Source of the DNA: Octopus vulgaris
Taxonomy: Eukaryota
Reading direction: 5' to 3'
Assembly (NCBI GenBank): GCA_951406725.2
Contig: OX597816.1
Coordinates: forward strand, 123,380,001-123,444,000
DNA: 64,000 nt
Shown: positions 25,761-40,400 of the stretch, piece by piece
Position numbering within the stretch: the stretch's first letter is position 1
Layout: every line of letters starts with the position of its first letter
The notes under the pieces: model-generated
Told to the model about the DNA's origin: nothing
Database searches by the model: none
The model's input: the letters and a program-made list of their open reading frames with translations, nothing else
Program-made: the position numbers and the translations under genes

Positions 25761-26129
25761 TTATATCAAAACTGTTTACAGATCACACGAACCTGCATTC
25801 ATGAGGAGTGCTTTGTGCTCCAATGGTTGCGAAAGAAAATCAACAGATATAACCCAAATACCCTGTAGATTGCATTAGGCTGATTGTATAGACTAAGGGT
25901 GGTATAGGGTGCCCTGAATTTGCACCACAGGCCAGTGACTCAATGTAGGTTACAAGCACTCAAGGTAATATTGCTTCAATTGTAGGGGTAGACATCTCCA
26001 TCGGGTTGAGTCTATAAACCAGAAAGCAATAGACACACATACATATAAGCATGATAGTCTATATCTTTTTGTGTCTTGGCAGGGACATTATGCAAATTCA
26101 TGTGTTTCAACATTCACACACACACACAG

Positions 26130-26652
26130 ATGCAGGTGTGGCTGTTGGGTAAGACGCTTGCTTCTCAACTACGTGGTTCTGGGTTCAGTCCCACTGCATG
26201 GCACTTTGGACAAGTGGCTTCTACTATAGCCTCAGGCTGGATTTGGTAGACAGAAACTGAAAGGAGCTCCTCATATATATACATACACACACACACCACA
26301 CACATACACACACACACCACACACACACACACACACCACACACATACACACACACCACACACACACACACACACACATGTATGTATGTATGTATTTATTT
26401 ATGTATGTATGTATGTATGTATTACTACATCTATGTGTGTATGTCTTTGTGTTTGTTTCCCTATCACGACTTGACAACAGGTGTTGATATGTTTACGTCC
26501 CTGTAACTTAGCAGTTTGCCAGAAGAGACCAATAGAATTAAATACTAGGTTTAAAAAATAACAAAGTCCTGGAGTCAATTTGTTCAACTAAAAACCATTC
26601 AAAGCATTGCTCCAGCATGGCTGCAGTCACATGACTGAAACAAGTAAAAGAA
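26130..26652 (+). mobile_element. tRNA-derived SINE with expanded internal (CA)n
   Basis: Same head and tail as the 4739-5140 family. Confidence 0.8.
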
Positions 26653-28726
26653 TATATATGGAGCGACAAAGAAAGAGAGAGAGATTACAATATATATAGT
26701 ATAGTGACTAAGATAAAGTTATATAAATATGTATATGTGTGTGAAAAGAGAGTATATTAAATATCATCATCATTGTAAGTATTAATAATATTCATTTTTG
26801 GTTGCTTGGTCACATAAATATGCTATTTCATTTGAAATTAATCAATATGTTTCAGCTGTAATTAATTGATAGGTAAACACTCTTATTGTTATTGATAACA
26901 TAAATTTGCTTTAATTTTCTTTTAATTCAATAAACATTTATATTTTGAAAATTACATTCTTTTTATTACTTTATATTTGCATCATGAAATTTGAAAAAAG
27001 GTTAATTTAAAGTTATTACACCAATAATTAATTTCTCACAATGACAAAAGTATATTTTTGTCATGCTGATGGGTAACAATGTAATATAATAGAAATTCCT
27101 GAAAGGAAAATATTTTAAATTTTGTGTCTGCAGATCATTATTAGTTATCTACAAAGGTGATGAGCTGGCAGAATCTTCATTGTACTGGACAGAATACTCA
27201 GCAGCATTTCATTGGTCTTCATGTTCTGAGTTCAAATGTCACCAATGTTAACTTCACCTGTCATCCTTTCGAGGTTGATAAAATGATTACGGGGTCGATG
27301 TAGTCGATTTGACCCCCCCCCCACCCTTCCACAAAATTTCTGGCCTTGTGTCTAATGTAAAAAAGATTATTTGTTATCTGCATCAAATTAAAAATTGTAG
27401 AACTGGTGGTTAGCAAACATCTAAATAAGAATCAGTGAAGTGATAGTGTCAGTAATATTTCAAGCAGATAGCAATTAAAAAGTTTCATGAATATTTAATA
27501 GACTTGAAAACTGCTTAACAGCTCTTTAGATAAATTATGAATGATTTAACATTCATATATTTTTGAAACATATCTTCAACCCTGATGTGTAAATGGATCT
27601 TTTTGTTTAACCATGGTGGCTCTCTAGGAAGAATCTGAGAACAGCTCTGTTAGTTTAGACTTGCTGTTGACATTGTATCCAGGGTGCCTACTGAATGTCA
27701 TCATCGTCATCATTATCCTTCTCATCATCTTCTAACATCTGTTTTCCATGCTGGCATGGGTTAGACACTTTGACTGGAACAGGTAAGCTGAAGAGCTGCA
27801 CCAAGTTCCAGTTTGATCAGGCGTGGTTCCTATGGCTGGATACCCTTCTAAATGCCAACCACTTCAGGAGTGTAATGGGTACTTTTTACATGCCACCAGC
27901 AAGGGTGCTTTTACATACCACCAGCTACAGTTACATGTGCCAGTTACATGACACCAACATCGACCATGACTATGATTTCACTGGCTTGACGAGTCTTCTC
28001 GAGTACGGCATATCTCCAAAGGTTTCAGTCACTTGTCATTGCCTCTGTAAAGCCCAATGTTTGAAGATCATGCTTCACTACCTTGTCCCATGTCTTCTTG
28101 GGTCTACTTCCTACCCAGGTTCCCTTCACAGTTAGAGATCAGTGCTTCTGTACACAGTTGTCCTCATCCATATGCAACACATGACTATACCAGTTGACAC
28201 ATATGAAATTTTTCTCAATTACCTACTCATGTGGTAATATACTAGTAAGTTTATTTCCTTGGAAAACTTTTAAGCCTACTATTTTAACTTACATATGATA
28301 CAGGATCTAAAATGATCATCAGCATTTTAACATCCATTTTCTATACTCACATGGGTCAAACAAGGTTTCCTTGAGGCAGATTTTCTACAGCTTGATGCTC
28401 TTCCTGTCACTAACTAACCTTTATTTGTTTCCAAGCAAGTTGATTTCTTCCCATTACTGGACATGTGTTCATATAAAAGATTTGAAGTAAATGACATTGC
28501 TTGTGTGGCAGTGATACTCATTTACATCTAACAATTGACGACAAGTTTGGGAGGCACAAACACACAAGCATGCACATACACACACATATATATACATATA
28601 CATACGCACATACATACATGCATACATACATACATACATACATACATACATACATACATACATACATACATACATACATGCATGCATGCATGCATGCATG
28701 CATGCATACATACATACATACATGAT

Positions 28727-28945
28727 AGCTGCCCCCTCGTTATCGAGTATGGCCATTGCATGAAGCTTAACTGTTACTGGTGCTGTGATCGAAAGTGACT
28801 TTTTAGCCCAGCTAAAGATCTACAATGTCTTGTACAGAATAAGCAGCTAAAACATTTACCGGTAATAGCCGGCTGTAGTTGTAACTGGGCTTCATGTACC
28901 TTTGCATGTCGTTTAAGTCCCCCTGCTGAATTACACTCTCTTCCA
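28727..28945 (-). mobile_element. LINE 3'-end fragment (RTE-like)
   Basis: Minus strand encodes [17 protein letters not shown], a zinc-finger-like C-terminus seen in RTE-type LINEs, followed by a 3' tail running into (TACA)n. Confidence 0.45.
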
Positions 28946-28987
28946 CATGCCTATACATACATGCATGCATGCATGCAAGCATCCATC

Positions 28988-29427
<440 letters not shown>

Positions 29428-29432
29428 TCATA

Positions 29433-29647
29433 TAAGGAGTTGCTGAAAAGTTTCTGGCTTTGGATAACAGAAAAAACAAGAAGATTAATTAATTATGATT
29501 TTATTCAACATTTGTCTCCTTAGATTCACTCACTTAAAGCAGCAGTTCTTCAGTTTTTCTAAGCCCTGTAAAAGAACTCACAAGTTTGGGGCTCCAACCA
29601 GGAATTTTGTAATACCCTTAAAGCCAGGAACTTTTCAGAACCCCCTC

Positions 29648-29650
<3 letters not shown>
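29433..29650. mobile_element. Mariner-type MITE
   Basis: TIRs aggagttgctgaaaagtttctggcttt / aaagccaggaacttttcagaaccccct, flanked by TA. Confidence 0.75.
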
Positions 29651-29685
<35 letters not shown>

Positions 29686-30809
29686 TTATTTATTTATATA
29701 TATACATACATACATACATACACATAGAGACTTCTTTCTGTTTCCATCCACCAAGTCTATTGAGAAAGCTTTTGGATAACTTAACAGAAAATTCAAAGCC
29801 ACTTTTGGTCCCAAAACTATGTGGTTGGGAAGCAAACTACATGACCACAACCTCTTTGTATGAAATTTTAATATCAATTTTTCCTAAATCTCCATTTCAT
29901 TACATAAATTTCATTTTGCTATACAATTTATATGCTTTTTGGTAATAAAAAAAAGCGTTATAGTTAATCAGAGATAATTTGAAAAAAATTGTCTGTTGCA
30001 GAATGTTTCATATTAAACACCAAAATGTTAATCCTTGAGGGTTTTTCAATTTTACTTCCTAATTTTAATTTCCTTGTTTCAATTTTTTTACATAAAAATT
30101 GAAGTGATTTGCATTTGTAAACTTGAGTATAATAATATTGTTAAACTTCGACATAAAAATTATCTTATCAGATGAAATCATACTGCCATTCTGCATATTT
30201 TAGTACTAGTATTACCTTGTATAGCACAGTAGTAAAATTTTATTTTTACCTTTTAAACAAAACCAAATTTCCTTAAATAATTTTTTCTGGGTTGTTATTT
30301 GAGAAGTGAACAATTTTATAACTCGCTTCTTTTAGATGGAAATTTCTTTTCTTTCTCTTTAATTTCATTAATTCTATTTTACATTGAAGTTATTCTATTT
30401 TGAATTCTCTCTTTGATTTTAATCAAATTTTAAGGAAATTCCCTTATTTAAATTATTTTTAATATATTTTGCCTTGATGTGTTTCAAAACTAGCTATTTA
30501 TTAGATTTTATTTCTCTTCAACTTTCTCTCTTCTTCTCTCCATCTAAGATCTTGTTATATTTTCTTCTGACAATGCCCTTAGTTATTTCTTCAGGTGAAA
30601 AAGAAATACAAAGAAATAAAAAAATATATATTGCATGATTGCTGTCAGTATTGTTAATGCCAAGTTGGATATTTCTATGCTTAGATACAATAAGATGATA
30701 TGAAAGGATACATCAGGCTAGTTTATCCTATTTGGGTCATTTACGTAAATCATAGAATTCTAAATAAAGTCCAGTCTACTTTATTTTCAAATTATATTTT
30801 GCTTCAAGC

Positions 30810-31210
30810 AGGTGCAAGTGTGGCTGTGTGGTAAGAAGCTTTCCTCAGAAACCACATGGTTCAGGATTTGGGTACCACAGTGTAGCATCTTGGGCAAGTG
30901 TCTTCTACTATAGCATTGGGCTGACTAAAGCCTTGTAAGTGGATTTGATAGATGCAAATTGAAAGAAGCCCATCATACGTGTGTGTGTGTGTGTGCATCT
31001 TTGTGTCTGTGCATGTCCTGCACCACCACTTGACAACAGGTTTTGGAGTGTTTACATCCCCATAACTTAGTAGTTCAGCAAAAAAGAAACCGATAGAATA
31101 ACGACCAGGCTTAACACAAAGTAAGTACTGGGGTTGATTAGTTCAACTAAACCTTTCAAGATAGTGCCCCAGCATGGCCGCAATATAATGAATGAAACAA
31201 ATTAAAGATA
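30810..31210 (+). mobile_element. tRNA-derived SINE
   Basis: Same family as 4739-5140. Confidence 0.8.
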
Positions 31211-34200
31211 GACAATAAAAGCATTTTATCAGCCATTTTCCAACTCAGATTTTTACATTCATATTGTTAACACATCTAAAGGACATGGGTGAATGAGACG
31301 CAAATGCATAATGGACTTGAAACCCATATATAGAATATGAAAATATGTTAATTTATTACAATAACACTTTGCTAAATTGTGATACAAAGAAAAAAAGGCA
31401 AGGTATATATTCATCTTTTGAACGAGATGCCTTTGAACATAGGCTTTTCTTGTCTCAATGACATTAATCTAGCTGTGTATCATTGAAGCAGACTTCAAAT
31501 AATTATGAATTATTATTTTAATTTTTCAAATTTCTTTTCAAGAATCAACAAAGATTCATTAGCTTTATTTCTTGAATTCCACCAAAATTAAAGAAAATCT
31601 GAATTTTGTATTATATACAGAAACAAATATTGGATATGAAATAAATTACATCATTCTCTCTTTAATATTTCTAGTTATTAATTCTAATATTTTAATATGA
31701 AGGGAACTGAAAATAAACTATACAATAGAAAACCAACTTCAATGAATTACTGTATTTAGTTTTGACTTTGTAGTTTCTGAATTCAAATCCTGTTGAGATT
31801 GGTTTTGCCTTTTGTTGAAGGCCTTCAATGACTAATTCTCCTTTCCTGAGCTAGAAACTTTATCTCTGAAAAGCTACTTATGCTGCATATGAAACAGCTG
31901 CACTTCATACTAGAGTACTATGTATATATTTCAAGTTAACGAAATAGTCTCTATGTGGTTTCTCAGCCCACAACAAATAAGAGGGCTGATTGGGGTTTTA
32001 AACAATGTTGATTTTGATATTTGTGAGGAAGCGTCTGTTGCATATTAGCATTCTGTTCCAGTAATGACTTGAGAGGGTGTTGTCCGAGGTATTTACTACA
32101 GGACTCAGCACTATTTAAAAATATGAAAGTACCAAATTAGAGGGAGCTAAGCCTTATATTACAAGTACAAGGTATAGTTGTGTGTGGGTAACATTAAATT
32201 ACACTGTGCAACAAAACTGTGTTTGTCTTTAGTCAGTAAGTGTCATTTCTTATATACTTTTATCTAGAAATCAAAGGAAATGACTATTATTCCCTTCAAA
32301 CTTTGCTTTTGTGACCTTGACATCAATGTTTTGAAATTGACCTGTATTCCATTACATTTCAGACAGATTCAGTACTGAGTTGTTGAAACAGAAATATCAT
32401 TGTAGCAAATACTCTGCTCAATAACACAAATTTGCTTGTCAATTGCTTGACCATAACCACTTGAGCATGTCCCTTCGTAGCTGACAATATGCACACCTCT
32501 GATCATGAGTAGGAATAGTTGAGAGGGATTCTTTGAGGTTTGAATAAATATGATAACAAAAGCAAAGTTTAGCTATTTTCATATTTTCTAGGGGTAAGAA
32601 AACAAGAAATAACAGTTACTAGCCAAGGACAAAACTCGTGTTATAGTGTTATCTAATACACATATCAATGAAAACAGCCTTCCACATTCAGTCAGTTTTA
32701 TGATCCACATTTCTAAGCTTGCTTGAGTCAGAAGAAATTTTTAGAGGCAGATTTATATGGCTGGATACCCTTCCTGTCACCAAACCCCACTTGTTTCCAT
32801 GTAAGGTAACATTTCCCCATGACTGGACATATTTAAACAGACAACAGGAAATAAAGATCACCATTTTTATGATAATGCCACTTGTTTAACAACTGTCATG
32901 CAATGTCAAAACAAAGTGGGATGGACACACATGCACATGCACACACACACACACACACGCGCACACACACAGAAGGCTTCTCCCAGCTTCAGTCTACCAA
33001 ATCCAGGACAGTTGTAGAAGACATTTGCCTAAGGTACCATGCTGTGAGCATGAACCTGAAATGATTGAGAAGTGAATTTCTTAACCAAATAGCTATTAGC
33101 AAGTGCAGTGGTGGGGGGTAACATGGTTAATTTGGCTATCCCTCACCAATGTTCTAGATAACATAGAGAAGAAAATGTCATCCTGTTCACTATCAAAATA
33201 AAATCATTAGCAAACAGTTGCTAACCTAAACCTCTCTCTCCTTCCTCTGGTTCTTCTATTAATACTACAAGCTTTACTGCACTTATGAATTTGCAAGTTA
33301 TTATGTACTATTTTCAGTAAACATATATGCTTCACTAACTTCATTCGTGATTGCTAGAAAGTCATTCACCTCCATTACTAAATTTGTTACTTTTCATCAC
33401 TTTGTTCAAACAATTATTATCTGAACTATGGTTCTCTAGGAACAACCAATAATGTTTCTTGGCTCCAAGCAGAGGTTTTGCTAAATATTTACTACTTTAC
33501 TCTCACACGTTTGAGAGGATCTGCAAAAGTATGAGTAACGTACTTCCAACTTAGATCTAAATAATAAAAAATAATACTCAAGTTAATGAGTTTTTATGCA
33601 GCCACTCAGCTTAATAAAAATTAGTTTGTCAGTTGCTTAACCATAACCGCTTGAGCATGTCCCTTAGTAGCTGACAATATGTGCATCATTGATCATGAAC
33701 AGGAGTAGTTGGGGACCATGATAGCCACATGTTGAGAGGGGTTTCATTAGGGTTTGAATAAAGGTCCCTCAATTCAAACTTGGACCCCTTTAAACTAAGA
33801 AGGTTACGCTAGAGAAAATAGTAGGTGATTGTTATGGATAGAGTGTCTTGTTCACTGGTTTGCTCAGTCAGAACTGGTCAACGGCTAAACAACAACACCA
33901 TAGAATTTACTAAGGATTGTATAAAACTGGCTGCCTTTTCAAATAAACTTACTGGAAACTATATATGAACAAAGACACTGAATACAAGATATTCTCAACT
34001 ATACACATTCGTAAGCAGATGATATGTGTATGGTGTAGTGTGGTGGTGGTGGTGGTGTGTGTGTGTATCTATCTACCTCTCTCTCTTTTTCTCTTTCTGT
34101 CACTATACATTATTTATATATGTATGTATACACACACACACACACACACATACACATAAATATAAGTATGTAGATAGATATATAAATACCTTAATATACA

Positions 34201-34225
34201 TATCTTAACATATGTGTATATTTTA

Positions 34226-34278
<53 letters not shown>

Positions 34279-34926
34279 ATCAGTCCAATCATATGATGAC
34301 TATAAATGACTATAAATGTCACAACAAATTAGTTATCAGAAACACAGCATCTCCAGACAGTCTTGTTTATAAATAGATATCTGTAAGCCTTAGTGTTAAT
34401 AATTTTATGATCATTTTTCACTTCATTTTCATTCTATCTTTGATATGAAGCTGATAGTTCTTTCTCTTACATTTAGAATTTGAAAACAGAAAGTACAATA
34501 TTTACCAACATGAATGATGCTTTCTCATTTGTTGTGCATGGTTCACACAATATGTTATCCATGCTGAGAAGCACAACTTTCTTCAGGATAATGATATATT
34601 ATACGTTTTATGACCATACAACTTGTCAGTTTAAGCACTATCGTTTATGTTTTACTTGTTTCAGTCATTAGACTGTGACCATGCTGGGGCAGTGTTAAGG
34701 CACTGCCCCAGCATGGCCACAGAAATTTTAGTCGAATGAATTGACTACAGTACTTTATTTTGTTATGCCTGCCAGTTTCTTTTGCGAAATCACACCAACA
34801 TTGCTTGTTAAGTGGTGGTGTGAGACAAACACACACACACACACAGATATATATAATATATATTGATAAAAATGGCAAAACAACAAAAGGATGAAAGAGA
34901 CCTCAATATTATGTAAATAGAGAAAT

Positions 34927-35018
34927 TTATCTGTAAATATAATATGTGACAATTATTCCGAAACATGGAGTTTTATCATGGCTACCGAATAATTGTCACA
35001 TATTATATTTACAGATAA
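34927..35018. repeat. 32-bp-arm hairpin enclosing the 3' half of a hammerhead (GAAAC-ATGGA-GTT)
   Basis: ttatctgtaaatataatatgtgacaattattc / gaataattgtcacatattatatttacagataa form a perfect inverted repeat. The upstream 34862-34926 is homologous to 10470-10520. Confidence 0.75.
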
Positions 35019-35162
35019 TATATATATGTGTGTGTGTACAGGCTATATTAAATCTCTGAGCAAGAGATAACCAGATTATTCAAGATCATTGACAGTTTGT
35101 TGCTGGAAAAAGCATATAGTATTTTGTGAGTGGAATGAGTTTCCATTACTAGCTGGTAATTA

Positions 35163-35209
35163 ACACATGCTGAGGACGGGTAACCACCCAGAAACTTGAG
35201 TCCATGTGT
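35163..35209 (+). ncRNA. Type I hammerhead ribozyme (retrozyme unit 1)
   Basis: acacatg-CTGAGGA-cggg-taacca-ccca-GAAAC-TTGA-GTC-catgtgt. Perfect 7-bp stem I, GUC cleavage triplet, near-palindromic stem III. Confidence 0.85.
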
Positions 35210-35518
35210 ATCATATAAGGCTAGAGATGGGAGCAATGACCTCCCCATGCAAATACTAATCGAACACAGAATTTGTGTCATTAGCCAGCTGGAAGAGATG
35301 TCTTACTGGAACTATAAACACCAGTAGCACCGTCCTGTATAGGACGCTACACTTGGTTGGCAATTACATGTTGCGATTCCGTGTTGCTACTGTTTATATC
35401 TTGCTCAAAGATTTAATATTGCTTATTTCCCCTTTTTCGAGATCAGTGACAGTTTGTCATTGGAAAAGGCATATAGTATTTTGCAAGTGAAATGAGTTTT
35501 CATCACTAGCTGGTGATT

Positions 35519-37451
35519 GTCTCTTGATGTGAGTTACGGCTTTTTATTTGCATTACTGAATTGTTGAATTACAGAATTGGTGATTTGATGTACAGTTGAA
35601 TTATTGAATTGTTGAATATTGTGTTGCATTTGTGAAATTGTTGAAGATTTTGTTTGGCTTCCCCATTTATGGATGAAGCAGTGAATGACAGAAATATGAA
35701 TTCATAGGTCCAGACAGGCAGTTATGTTGTGGGGACAGGCAAAAGCCTGACAACGGAGCTACTGCAGATACAGCAACTGGAAGTGAAAGACATAGACAAG
35801 AAATTTAATAACCTGTTGAAGAAGCAAAGAGGCTGCCTAAGACTGACACTCCCAAAGAAGTAGCAGAAGAATCGGAAAGAAAAATAATTACACTGAATAT
35901 AGGGACAAGAAAAGTAGAAATAGCAGGCGTTAAAGAGATAGAGGAATGTTTAAAGGAAGTAAAGGAAGTAACGACATTCTATAACAGAGTATGAAAGTTT
36001 CGAATGGTGGAGGTGTGCTTCGTTACTGAAAATGAAGCAAAGAAGTACTTACTCCACTGTAGTCTTGAAATCAGCATAGTGGGCACTCTTTTTTTGTTCC
36101 TTCTTGAGCCATGCCTGGCTCATAAGGGCCGGTTTCCTTGGCGTATAGGTTCCCCACCTGGACAGGACGCCGGTCCGTCGCAGGTGAGCTGCAAGATGCA
36201 GGAGGAAAGAGTGAGAGAAAGTTGTGGCAAAAGAGTCAGCAGAAGTTCACCATTACCTTCTGCCAGAGCCGCATGGAGCTTAGGTGTTTCGCTCATAAAC
36301 ACACACATCGCCTGGTCTGAGATTCGAACCCATGATCCCTTGACAGCGAGTGCGCTGCTCTAACCACTAGGCCATGTGCCTCCAGTGGGCACTCTTACCT
36401 ACTTACTGTGGCAGATGCACAGCCAAAGTAAGGATAGGGAGAATGCCACCCAAATTTAACGAGGACTATCTTGTGGCAGCCATCCTCTACAATACAGAGG
36501 AGAAAGCAGAGATACTGAAAATGTCAAAGACAGCGGAGGTCAACTGGTGGGGTTATGGCCTTGAAGTGGTGGTACATATCAGCCTACCTGACCTTCACAA
36601 AATTGTGGAAGAGATAATCCTACCCAACGAAACCAGATTGAGAATCATGTTGGAGGGTAGACCGCCAATAAGCTTCGAATGTGGAGTAAGGGGGCACATA
36701 AAGGCAAAGTGTTCCCAGAAACACGAACAGGAGGTGGTGGAGGAGGAGTGCCAGGAAGAAGTAAATGCAATAACAGAGAAAGAAGCAGAGTTCACTGAGG
36801 TAGAGAGGAGAGAAAATAGTGAATCCCCTCCAAAAAAGAAAAGAAAAGCAGAGAAAAAGGAAAAAAGAAAAAATGAAGAAATAGGAGATCGAACACAGGA
36901 ACCGGAGCCTTCAACAAGTAAGGAAGAGGAGGGACGGAAGGAACTGGAAGACGAGCAACAGAGCGAAATAGAAATGCCAGCACTAATGACAGAAAATGAA
37001 GAGAGAAGACCACCTAAAGGAAAACACGAAAGAGTGACGGCAGTGCATGAGAAAAGTGTAGAAATAGAAAAATGAATTGCAAGAATGAAAGGCGTAATAA
37101 GAGTGAGAATGGCAGAAGGAGGCGTAAAAGCAGTGTTGTTACAGGATGAAAGGGCAGCTAGACTGAGGGAGGTGTTTGGAAGTAGAGGGGAGAGCACACC
37201 GTTCCAATTTTGATCTGATAATTACCACCTCTGGTAGAATTTGAAGAGGTAATGACTTTTTGTTATAAATACAATATAAGATGAATTGTAAAAATGGTAA
37301 AATGGAACTTTCTTCTTTGGGGAGTAGGAAGCCATTTCATTACCATAATTTTTCATACCTCATAATTCATTTGTAAATCATTCTATGTACCCAACGTTTG
37401 TCCTTGTAATGTCCTTTCTATATAAGGTTTTATGCCTATAATAATGAGAAA
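35519..37451 (+). mobile_element. ORF1-only (half-LINE) Tx1/L1-like element
   Basis: Decayed ORF1 (MVEVCF...ALLPTYCGRCTAKVRI...RIMLEGRPPISFECGVRGHIKAKC zinc knuckle, then a K/E-rich tail), homologous to ORF1 of the neighbouring LINE. No ORF2. The 3' tail tgtccttgtaatgtcc resembles the LINE's 3' tail. Starts gtctc. Confidence 0.72.
36091..36384 (-). mobile_element. tRNA-derived SINE nested in ORF1
   Basis: TSD agtgggcactctt at 36078-36090 and 36384-36396; same family as 25234. Confidence 0.88.
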
Positions 37452-37462
37452 AGCTGATGATT

Positions 37463-40400
37463 GTCTCCACCTTTTTGATTGCCCTCATATGTGAATTCGT
37501 TTTGGGATTGTTTTATGTTATTTTACAAATTGCTGAATTGAGTTATTTTATAATTCGAACTGTTGTTACCTTGTTAACTGTAATTTTCGCCCTGCGGGGA
37601 GAAAATACTGTTTAAAAAGTATTTTGTTTGAGAAACTTCTGTGAAAAATTAATTTTTGCCCTGTCCTGGGCGTTGTTTTGTTTTTTTTTGCCATTATGGC
37701 AAATACTGAAAATATGAATATCAATTTGGATTCTCAAAAGGACTTCCCTGCTATGGGAAAAGAAAGTGATTCGTCTAAGGATAACAAAGTAAAAACCAGT
37801 TTTTTATTTGCTGCAGTCGGTGGGAAGGAAATAGGAATGATTTTTAAAATGGAACAACTGTTCAGTTACTGCAATATGGTGAAGCAAGTCGACGGTGAGA
37901 CCAAATTAATTCCGCTGCCAGAAACAGTGGTGGAAATAAATGCCAGAACTGTGATATATAAAATTTATAGTACAAAGGAAGAAAAAAATATGGAAGCGAA
38001 GAATGAGATAGTGGAGAGGTACTTGGCACCTATCTGGAACAAAATATGCTATGTTAGCTGAGGAATACGTAGTGCAACTGTGGAAGTACAGTTCCAGTCG
38101 GCCAACATAGCAAAAGAAGTAGCTACCAGAACACTGAAAAATGAGGAGATACTGCTGCTACCCACCTATCTGGGTCACTTGACGGCCAAAATTGTAGTGG
38201 AGGAAATACCTGTAGGCTACGAACTGTTGTGGGTAGCAACGGCAATTATATTCAATGCTGAGAATGAGGTAGACATCTTGCAGATGTTGAGAAAGGACAC
38301 CCAAAATTGGAAAGGTCAGACACTGCAGATGGTGGTACAACTAAACTTTGGAGAAGTTGCCCGATAGGATTTTGTAGGGGAGGGGCACATGATACGTGTG
38401 TCGGTGGAAGGACATAGGCCCAGATGCTTCAAATGTGGGCAGATCGTACTTAGATAGGGTATTCGTTAGACAAGATAGGAATACTTTTAGTCGTCCACAT
38501 TTTTTTGTTGTGCCTTACACGGATCACAAATTTGTGACGTGTGAGGTGCATCTAGATAAATGTCATAGACAGGGTCCTGGGTACGGAAGATGAACAAGTC
38601 TATCGTGACTTGTGAAGCCTTTTGTACCTGGATTAAGGAATTAGTACAGAGGGCATTATGTGGCACCATCATTAATAAAAGATGGTGGCATGCCCTCAAA
38701 AGAGCCATCCATTTAAAGTTCATTAGATTTAGCAAACAGCTAAGTTTAGATAGGACTAGAATAGAGGGTGAATTAGTTAAGAACCTAGACAAGGCTGTGG
38801 AATCTGGTTCTGCATCTGGAGTGCTAGCGGCGAGAGCGGTCTTGCATTGTCACCTCAATGCCAAACATGAAGGTTGCAGTCAGAGCTAAGCTACGTGCAG
38901 GAAACGAGAAGGTATCAACATTGCTGGATGGGCATGCCGAGTGGAGTGTCAGAGAGGTAAAAATGCCTCCATTAAGTCTTTAACTGATGAACAGGGGTGC
39001 AAGATCTATGGACAGGAGGAGATGCAGAAGGTCTTCTACCAGTATTTCACACGGTTGTTTGGGGAAAGTGGTCTGCTTGAGCACGGGGAAGTCTTAAAAA
39101 ACTTCCTAGCTGGTGGACCGCGACTTTCAGCAAGTGAGGTGGGGTGCTGTGAAGGACCAATCTCTCCCATAGAGGTTAAAGAGGTGTTAGCCGAGTCTGC
39201 CAGGGAAAGTCGCCAGAGCTGGATAGTCGGCCCTATGAGTTTTACCATAGTATGCCGGCTTTGTTCGAGGATATACTGGCCAGCGTCTATACAAACTGGC
39301 AACAGAATGGGAGAATTCCCACTGCGGTGAGCCAGGGAGTGGTGACGCTGATCCAGAAAGACCTAAGCAAGGGGGATAGTATTAGTAACTTCCGGCCCAT
39401 AACTCTACTTAATGTAGAGTTAAAAATTTTGGCCAATGTGCTGTCGTGGAGAAACTTGTCGGGAAAGCACAGACATGGGCAATACTCGGCAGGTCGATCC
39501 AGGACAATCTTCACCTTATCCGCTACACATTAGACAGGGTGGGTAAATTAGCCAGCAAAGGTGGAACAATGGTCCATTTAGACCATTTGATAGGGTTGAC
39601 CCTCAGTACCTGGTGGTGGTTCTTGAAGAGGCTGGTTTGGGCCCGGTCTTCCGTGGGTGGATCTCCACTATGTACAGAGGCATCAAGTCCACAGTCCAGA
39701 TAAACGGTTACCTGATGGAGCAAGGTGGCAAACAAGGTGGAGGCACTAGCCCTGACTTGGTCCGGAAGACCGCTGTCATTGAAAGGAAGGGTGGAGGTGG
39801 TGCAGGTGTTTATTGCATCAGTAATCACCTACCACCTGACCATTTTCCCTTGCCCCGATTCATGGATAAGCAAGTTGGAATGACTCCTTTTCTGCTTTTT
39901 GGGGAAGTGGGGGAAAGCCACTTGTGAGGCACCCCGTTTGCTGCCAGGAACCATTAAAGGGTGGGTTGGGGATGCCTTGGTTAATGATACACAGACATGT
40001 GTTGAGGCTGAGACATCTCTGGTGCCACCTGGAAGGTGATAAGGTGTGGAGCCTGCTGGCAGAGGGATTCTTCCCGCGACTGACCACTATGGTAAGATTT
40101 AAGCCCGGTTTTATAAAAAGACGAAATCTGATTGAATGGCAAAAGGAGTGCCGACAGGCACTCATGCTTATCCACAAGGCAGGCAAAGCCAGCAGTGGAA
40201 ATACTACCTCGAGGTTCTATAGAGGGCTGGTGGAGTTTAGAAATGATGTCGTCTTAGGAGGGGCTCTGGAGTTCGATGAGAACCAACCCGCCAACCTGTT
40301 TAGTAGGACTGTTAGACCGAGGTATTTGAATAATAAGCAAAAATCCCTGGCCTGACAGTGCTATAGAAATGCTCTACCTGTTCACATAAAGTTATCCAGG

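Noticed and set aside
36595-37197. 200-aa Ser/Phe-rich minus-strand ORF
   Set aside because: Antisense shadow of the purine-rich ORF1 tail.
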